DNA of 56,535 bases, filler included, from Sphacelaria rigidula (Eukaryota), in NCBI GenBank assembly GCA_964200075.2. It is 4 parts of 4 records of this genome, joined end to end, with 100 filler letters (N's around TTAATTAATTAA, not from the genome) between each part and the next. Parts side by side here need not be neighbours in the genome. Positions count along the whole stretch, not along the records: positions 42,479 to 56,535 come from CAXNAA020002483.1; 3 more parts are not named here. The stretch is one strand, 5' to 3'. Shown piece by piece: positions 49,105-56,535 of the stretch. The notes beneath the pieces are model-generated. The model saw only the letters and a program-made list of their open reading frames with translations, did not search any database and was not told the origin of the DNA. Each line of letters opens with the position of its first letter. The first letter of the stretch is position 1. Both the position numbers and the translations under genes were made by a program.

Positions 49105-50507
49105 CTGAGCAATAAAAGGGTAGGGAGGTAACGATTGGAAGGAGTGGAAATGGAAGGGGCAAAGGGGATGGGGAGTGTTCTTGAGGGGAACGACCGGTGC
49201 GTGAAGGTCACACACAACAGCGGGTGAGAACGTATGGCAGCGATATGAGGGCGAAAGTGTACGCACTACGGCCGCGGCGTCGGCCAAAATGAACGGTCGA
49301 GTGAGCGTCAGCTCCGCTGCATACGAAGCTGTCGTAATAAGTCGAACGTCAACCCCTCCTCCGTTTCCGAATAAGTGGTGATAGCTCGACTCAGCTCGTC
49401 CCCCATCTTTCCAAATCAACGGGATGGCTGGAAACAGTTCGTCCCTATTTCCCGGATTAGGCGTGCTGTTGAGGTCAGTTGGTGATCCATATTTCCAAAT
49501 CAATTGTCATACTTTCAGTCAGACTCGTCGCCATTTTTAGGAACTAGTCGTGGTGACTCCAGTCGGGCTCGTTCCCTATTTTTAAGGTGTTCCACGGGCA
49601 AATTGTTATATGTCCATGTTCGGCCCGGGCGATACTCTCACATGATCATACTTGGACCACTTCTTCTGGGACCGAAAAAACGGTCAACCTTTCTACTGTC
49701 ATTTCGTTCCTGTTTTTGTGAAAGTGCGGATCCTTAGGCTGCCCGGGCACAACGAAAGGGATCACACTACAGCTGTTTTGGATTTGTTTTCCGCACGCGG
49801 AGCCAACGGCCCCGTGCCTGAGATATTTCAAATGCGACCTCCGTTGCTCCGACCAAGAACGACACAAAGCCCCAACAACGCATAGCTCCCACGCATTCAC
49901 AGACTGCTACCCATTCATTCACAGACTGCTACGGAGTAGGTACTTTCGGCAGCACCACTCTTGATGAAACGGTGGTTGCGGCTGGGTAGCTATGTGAGTT
50001 AAATTTGTCACCACGAGCCATTACACAGTCAGTGGAAACAACATGATACATAACAGTAAATCCTGTACTGTGTGTGTTCGTTCTCAGGCAAAGATATCCA
50101 CCGTTCGAAGCACATGACGTCTTCACCACAAGGTGTACATGACAAAAGTGTATTTTGTATGTTGTGATGAAAAAAACAAAATCGTTTCTTTCTTTCCAAT
50201 ATATATATATATATATATATGTATTTCCATCAGAAGTAATCATGAAAGAGGGAAAAAACATGAGCAATTTCGCCGGACAGTGTAACCCTCTGAACATGCG
50301 CAGGTTTTCCCGAATCGAAACATTCTATCCCGAACCGTACCACTGCCGTGTCTAGCCGTAACCACGAGTCTCTGACCCAGCACTTGCCTGATTCTGCTCT
50401 GGCATGTTTTGGAGCGAAGGGAATTCTTTGAAGTAAGTTCACCACTTGGGAGGGTGAGAAATTTCTCGGGAAATTATGATTACGAATAACACGAACTCTA
50501 ACGAGGC

Positions 50508-51110
50508 GACCTAGAGTTTTGGTCGTATATATATATATATGGTTGATTTCTTTGAAAAAACCAACACAATGAATCTAGCCCTAACCCCGACCCAAGGCGA
50601 AAAAACTGACGCACTTTTTTCGGTTCGTTATGCCCTAGCGAGGTCCCACACAAAACTTCAATACACAAACACCAAACGTGGGTCGGTAAGTGGCCTGCAA
50701 AAAACCGTTCCGATTCCTTACCGATCCGGTTTTCAAGGGGCCTATTCGCAATTGAATACTTGAGATTGGACGGGGGTCCATGGGTTGTCCAAGGCAAAGT
50801 GTGCGTTGGCAAACCTAAAATCGACGCCGCAGGCGCCGATTTCGACCAAAACGCGTTCCGAACGAGCTGGGTCCACTGCTTACCTGTCCCAAACCATATA
50901 TTTCCTCAGAACTTTCTACAGTCTAAAATCAAGTAGTCATGTCGTCAACCATAGATATACGACCAAAACTCTAGGTCGACTGACTCTAACACTTACCCCA
51001 GCGAAGGCATACCGAGACCCCTCGGGCAAGGGGGATGCAAAGTCTTCCCTAGGCAAGGTGTGCATTGCCAAGCCTTCAGGCGCCGATTCGGACAAAAACC
51101 CGTTCTGTGC
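50508..51110. repeat. Complex repeat with nested inverted and direct sub-repeats (probable TE remnant)
   Basis: CGACCTAGAGTTTTGGTCGTATAT (50508) is inverted at ~50955-50978. AGGCAA.GTGTGC.TTG.CAA.CCT..CAGGCGCCGATT is repeated at ~50792 and ~51051. Confidence 0.55.
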
Positions 51111-52994
51111 ACGCTAGGAGCACAGCCCCCATTAAATATCCGGATTTCGATGTCCACACTGAAATCGAGTCGGACTAACTCACCATCCCAAGTGGTGAAC
51201 TATACTGAAATGGCGTTCGACATGGCGACCTGGCACGGTGAATCCATTCCGGCCGGCAAGGAAATACGCGGCTCTGCGGGACAAATTACACATTGTTGTC
51301 CGTGGACCAGACGTACCTTGGCAATCTCACATGACCATTTCCGAACCGGGTGCAACGTCGACACGATCATCGTCAAACTTATCGGCAAAAGTGAATATCT
51401 TGGATGGCCATTTTCGAACAGGTTACGACTCTCGCATGACCATCTTTGATCCGCACGGCAAAAGCCAACTTCGAAGCTCATCATCTTTGAAATCGTTTTT
51501 GGAGCATGGAAACGTTTTCGTCGCATGGTGTTCGCAGTCACGGCCGCATGACCTCTTCCCACGGAATTTGAGAAATGTAGTAGTTGAAGACAAAAAGTGG
51601 AGAATTTTGGGACAGTCTCATTGGACGATACTAGTTTGAAAACCGCGTTTTACGGAGTTCAAGTTTTGCACGCCAACTGGCAGGCGCGAAGTTACCGACG
51701 CGGGTTGTACTGTGTCGTGGACTACAGAATTGCAGATTGCACGCGAGCAGTGGATACAGCAGAATAGCATATGCATCGGGTCGCGTGGGGGAACTAATGC
51801 AATGACGTAGCCACCAAGCACTGTATCGTGAGGCCACTACTAACCCTTTGGGAACACTCCCCTCCCGTTCCCGCGGTCCAGACGCCTCATTCTTTCAAGC
51901 GCTGTCAAAGACGAAAAGATGGGACAGGAAAATACCGACAACAACCATTTGTACGGCGGAAGGCCACAGAAGAATCCACCGATATACGCCATGCTCGCAC
52001 CAAAATGTCGCCCTGGTGCGGTCGGATTAGCTTTATCGAATGAGAGGACGCAACGGGTCAACTATGTTCAACGTTGCGTACACAGCTAAAATCAGCACCA
52101 CGGCCTCTAAATTTCATACAACAAAATCAGCACCACCTATATATTTTCTATATATTTAGTGCAAAGTGGCACTGGGGCACACATTCATAGCTGAACAGGT
52201 GACGCACTCCACCGGAGTAATGGTGTGCTGCAGTTCGGAGGTCGTACCCGCCCAACACGTGGCAAGCGTGCTAAGTCACATCACAGAAACAGAGTAGTAT
52301 GGCCGAGCACAAAGAAATCCCCTCACCACACGTGGAAGAATTGAAGTGCGGTACAGTGTATTTCCGCGATTCACCACCAGTTGGAAGCGGTCGCGGTTCT
52401 GAAAAACATGCCTTGGGCAGAGTAGTGGTCCTTGGATGCTGCAAACAATCAACGATATGCTGTTGAAAAAACAGCACCTCGAATTCAGCACTTTTGCATT
52501 GCCAGTACCGAAAGGGTTATAATAGGCAGCGTCGTAGCATTGTAATCGGCAAACGCCGTCGACAAAAAGGTCACTGTCAGTTCCCGATGAGTCCTCGCCA
52601 TCAGCAATAATACTAATGTACTACTACTGTGTAAAGCTGATGCACCGTGGCGGACCCAATTGCTGTGGGCTCCTTGTTAGGCCTATGAGTCTCCAGACTC
52701 CATATTCCTAACCAACCGGGGAAATGGAGGCGTGAGGCGTGTTCGGCTATACGGCTGGTTATGGTGAGAGCTCAAAAAATATTCTCCCCCGGTTTCTCAC
52801 AAGGGTTTTTGCAGTTAGACCCTGAAATTTTGCACTAGTACTATGGGGTATTGTGAAACCTATTGTGAATGGGGTTATTCATTTACTTCGCCAGATATTC
52901 GGGTTTCCGGCGGTCCGAGGGCCATATGGTGTCAAATTTCGAAGGGTCTCGAGGGACTCCCGATATCGGGCGAAAGCAAGAAAAAAACTTATGC

Positions 52995-53335
52995 GGGCTA
53001 TACACGTTACACGTTCACGTTACGTGACGTGTGTCGCGTAAAAAAAATGTAACGTTACGTTCATCATGTGAAAAAATTAACGTTCACGTTACGTTTCGGC
53101 CAAAACGTAACGTGTAACGCTATGGCACGTGTAACGTGTATAGCCCGGGCTATACATGTGCACGTTCACGTTACGTTCATCACGTGAAAAAAATTTAACG
53201 TTCACATTACGTGACGTGTCACGTGAATGAAAATGTAACGTTACGTTCATCACGTAAAAAAAATTTACGTTCACGTTACGTTTCGGCCAAAACGTAACGT
53301 GTAACGCCATGGCACGTGTAACTTGTATAGCCCTG
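52995..53335. mobile_element. Tandem pair of ACGT-rich MITEs (hAT-like termini)
   Basis: Units 52995-53146 and 53147-53335 are each bounded by GGGCTATACA...TGTATAGCCC(TG), with dense CACGTT/TAACGT internal repeats. Confidence 0.72.
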
Positions 53336-55609
53336 AAATATTTGGAATATCCCATTCTACACGTGTGCAAACGTTCAGCGTTCAACTCCGAGAAAGCGCG
53401 TGACAAGTCGCCCTTGTGTGAGGTCGAGTGCAAAATAATATGCTGAACCCCGTAATTACTTGCTTAGTATATACCTGACCTTTTCGTCGTGCTTTCAAGC
53501 CTGCATCGACCGTTTGGGATTAGGGTTTCGAGTTGCGCAACGAAACTGTACAAAAGTTCCTTGGATTACCTCGGGACGAGTAAAACATGCACTTCTTTAT
53601 TTTCAGGTATTGTGTACTGGCTTCTGATGGTGTCCAGGTCGGGATCCCCGGAAGTCTGCAGAGAGCAGATAAACTTTTTTTTTTTGTCAAGCATTCGTTT
53701 TACCTTTGGAGCACCCATATCTGTGTTTGCTCTTGATTCCTTGGCTGATGGCGGCTACTATGGTTTGATTCATGGTGATGATGGGTAGAAGTTGTGTCGG
53801 TGATTTTATTTCAACCCTTCGACGTGGTGCGGGTAGTCCATCTGGATCATGCATATTTTTTCTATGCGAATGTTGATGCCGATGCGGCAGGTGGCCTACC
53901 CTCGCGGTCAAAGAGTTAAAAACAATTTGAAGGTCCATGATTGGTCGAAAAAATATTTCATCATAACTAGCGCCACAGCAAAGGACGCAACAAACAGGCT
54001 GACGAGTACGTCACACAGTTCGCTTGCTCGTGGGTTTCATCATGATACCAAATACGTTTTCATCTGGTTGTCTTTGCGTCCTGTATCTATCTGGGCATAG
54101 ATTTATGGGCATTCACCCTGAACATGCATTTGTCGTCTTCTCCAACAAGTTTGACCCAGTTTGAAAAATGGGGGCATTTCTCGACCTATTGAACAGGATG
54201 ATGGCTTTCGTTGAGGAATTTTTCACACACTGATTCTCAGAGAAAACGTCGAGGAAGAAACGGTGTTTGAAAAATCCGTCTGAAAACGATCAGAAAAGCC
54301 TTTTCGAATCAATTTCTTTTGTGGCACAAGCGACGGCCCTAACGCGATGCTGTGGTGGGCAAAATCACGTTTGACAACAAGACCATAACGTCGGCAGTAC
54401 ATGGCTTGCGCGAGGTGAGTCCAATTCTCTCAGTTGACTGAGCTGTGAGTTATTGTTGTTGTCATTGTCTTCACATTGAAAACTGCTCCAATATCTGGGC
54501 AGTACTTCTTACTTTTGTACTGAGCATTTATCTAATGCGGACGACTTCCGTGGTCACAGGCTAAAAACTAGGCACTGGAGCTGCAGATAGGGGCAATAAT
54601 TTCGAGTGGGGAGGCTTTTCGACCAATCAGAGTTTTTAACTACACCGAAGTGCGGCGACCTTTCTTGAATCAGACGAGAAAAACGTGTGGAATGTGAATC
54701 GAAAAGTGGCTTTGATTAGCCCACACATTGCGCCGCTGCGAGACAGACAACTGCCACCATCAATGAACGATACAGCACCTCCGTGCTGGCTCAGTTTGTT
54801 GGCCCCAACCTGCACGCACCCGCCGTGCGTGTCTTCCCTCATCGCAGCATCCGACTATAAGTGAAGTACCAGAGAAGACGCAACCAACAGCTGTGCAGCC
54901 GTCATGTGATGATTGTTTCAACGTTTGGTTGAACAGCACTTTGATTCCACTCCAATTCGGTGCAGACCGAAACACGTCATGCAGCAGCAACTGTTCAGGC
55001 ACCCTCCAGCGCATATCGCATCATGATCGTAGTATTAATAGGGTGTTCAGACGGACAACGGCACAGCAACGACTACAGTATAGAAGTGATGAGTTTGGGA
55101 AGCGCCATGTTCGTTTGACTCGAGACGAACAGCCAACACACCATGAATGTTTGAACAGTGTGTGGAGAGCACTGCGTGACGAAGTTATTTTTTACAGAGA
55201 CGAACACACTGACAACAAAGCAACTCAGGCAGTCCCAGTGGAGACCAAACCGTCTTCACAGAACCTGAAGTCACGACAGCGCAGCGACAGCTATAGCACA
55301 CGAGACAGAGTATGGGTGTGCTTGTGCTACGGCTCGGTGATACGGGAGATGTCACATGCGATAGTTGTTCCCCTGCTCTCGGGTGGGTCCTCGATTTTGA
55401 CGGAGTGATGGTTTTCAAACGCCAGGCCGTAATCGCTCTTCGCGCGAAAATATTTTAACTCACCTTGAGTTACCTATATCTGTGGGAGGTAAGCCAAAAA
55501 CTACAGCATCAGGCTCAGATCAAATTAATTTCTCGGAACGGAAAAAAGAAGTAACGTGACATGTCACAGATACAGTTCGAGCGAATTGCCCTCCCCCTAA
55601 CAGTTAGAT

Positions 55610-56470
55610 GGCGGGCTAGTAGACTGAGGTAGACACTCCACTTTTGGGGTTCAGAATCATTCCGTTGTCACAACTCAAAACGCCTACTCTACGGCGGAAG
55701 GGACCGGGAATGCATGATAGGCACATGGTTGTGAAAGTCATGCATAACACAGACGGTGGTGTGGTTGTCGGCCATGTCATTCTTACGCCTGTGCAGCCTG
55801 TAGTGTATTGTGCCGCGGCTGCGCGTGCGGTCGGGAGCGTACTGGATCTTACAGTGTTGAAGGTGCCGAGTGTTCGCAGCGTGTGTTTGGGTATCGCACC
55901 ATGACTACCGCCGCGAACGACCCTGACTACCGTAGAGCACTTGCTCGGCGATAGCGGTCGCCTCACGGTCTGTGTACTTGTCTACATCTACGTGCATAGG
56001 ATACTCGTGGCCGCCGCTCGCGTGTTGCGCCATGACTTTTTATACCAGATGGAGCTGTGGAGCTAGTAGGACGCTCATGCAGTACTAAACAGACAGACAC
56101 AGTGTACCGAAGATGCTCAAACATCTGCTTTATGGTTATATAATCTATGGTTGATTTGGCATGATCAAAATGAGATGTGAGGGTAGACGGCGAATGTGTT
56201 TACCAGGTGTCTACCTCTACCCGAACAAAAGTGCTTATTTTGACGATCGTGATTGGTCAGAATCGTCATCCCGCGCCACTCGGGCCTTGTGCACGGCTCT
56301 CAATTTTCCGCGAGAAACTCCCGAACACACATGGTTGATTCCGTGAGCTTCTCCGATGCTCCGCGGAGAGGCAGCCCCCCCCCCCGCCTCGAAAACCAAC
56401 CCCCCCTGGAAACCCCCGAATGTCTCGGAACTGTCAGCCTGTACAACTGTTCCGAGGCGACGCTCGTTTT
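55610..56470 (+). repeat. Dispersed repeat family C, diverged copy 3
   Basis: 5' block AGACTGAGGTAGAC..TTTTGGGGTTCAGAA and 3' block CGTGATTGGTCAGAAT...CCTGGAAACCCCCG..GGCGACGCTCG. Confidence 0.62.
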
Positions 56471-56535
56471 TTCTTGTCCCCAGAGGACAGGAAGGAACCT
56501 TAAACCATGCACTTCGCTATTTCTAGTTTCGTGCA

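Noticed and set aside
48449..49503. 219-aa (+) and 246-aa (-) ORFs
   Set aside because: Antisense or alternative-frame shadows of the GC-rich phosphatase exon.
55853..55969. Exon-like minus-strand segment (DREATAIAEQVLYGSQGRSRR* or an alternative frame)
   Set aside because: It lies between the two conserved blocks of repeat family C, has no recognisable motif and cannot be linked to the phosphatase exon.
1..56535. Endogenous virus, intact transposase or reverse transcriptase, or bacterial-type system
   Set aside because: No long intronless ORF with such motifs was seen; the long ORFs are explained as host exons or their shadows.

Overview
Intron-rich eukaryotic genomic DNA, most likely from a brown alga (inferred from exon/intron style and repeat content). 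It has three artificial 100-nt gap linkers (N44-TTAATTAATTAA-N44). Manual splicing supports five protein-coding loci. (1) Translation elongation factor 1-beta (-, 5 coding exons, complete). (2) A divergently oriented EB1-like CH-domain gene (+) with a probable GC-AG intron; it probably continues across a gap into a long disordered region and a coiled-coil C-terminus. (3) An ecdysoneless/hSGT1 (ECD) gene (-, at least 13 exons, 5' end unresolved). (4) The terminal exon of a KOBITO1-like GT-A glycosyltransferase (+). (5) The 3' exons of an APP1-like/HAD-type phosphatase (-). Introns and spacers hold many non-autonomous elements: foldbacks, piggyBac-, Tc1/mariner- and hAT-like MITEs, two inverted tRNA-derived SINEs and several dispersed repeat families. 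I see no CRISPR array, intact transposase, viral gene or clearly new multi-gene system. Family assignments come from recalled motifs, not from searches. The best leads are the atypical EB1-like gene, the KOBITO1-like enzyme and the intronic foldbacks.
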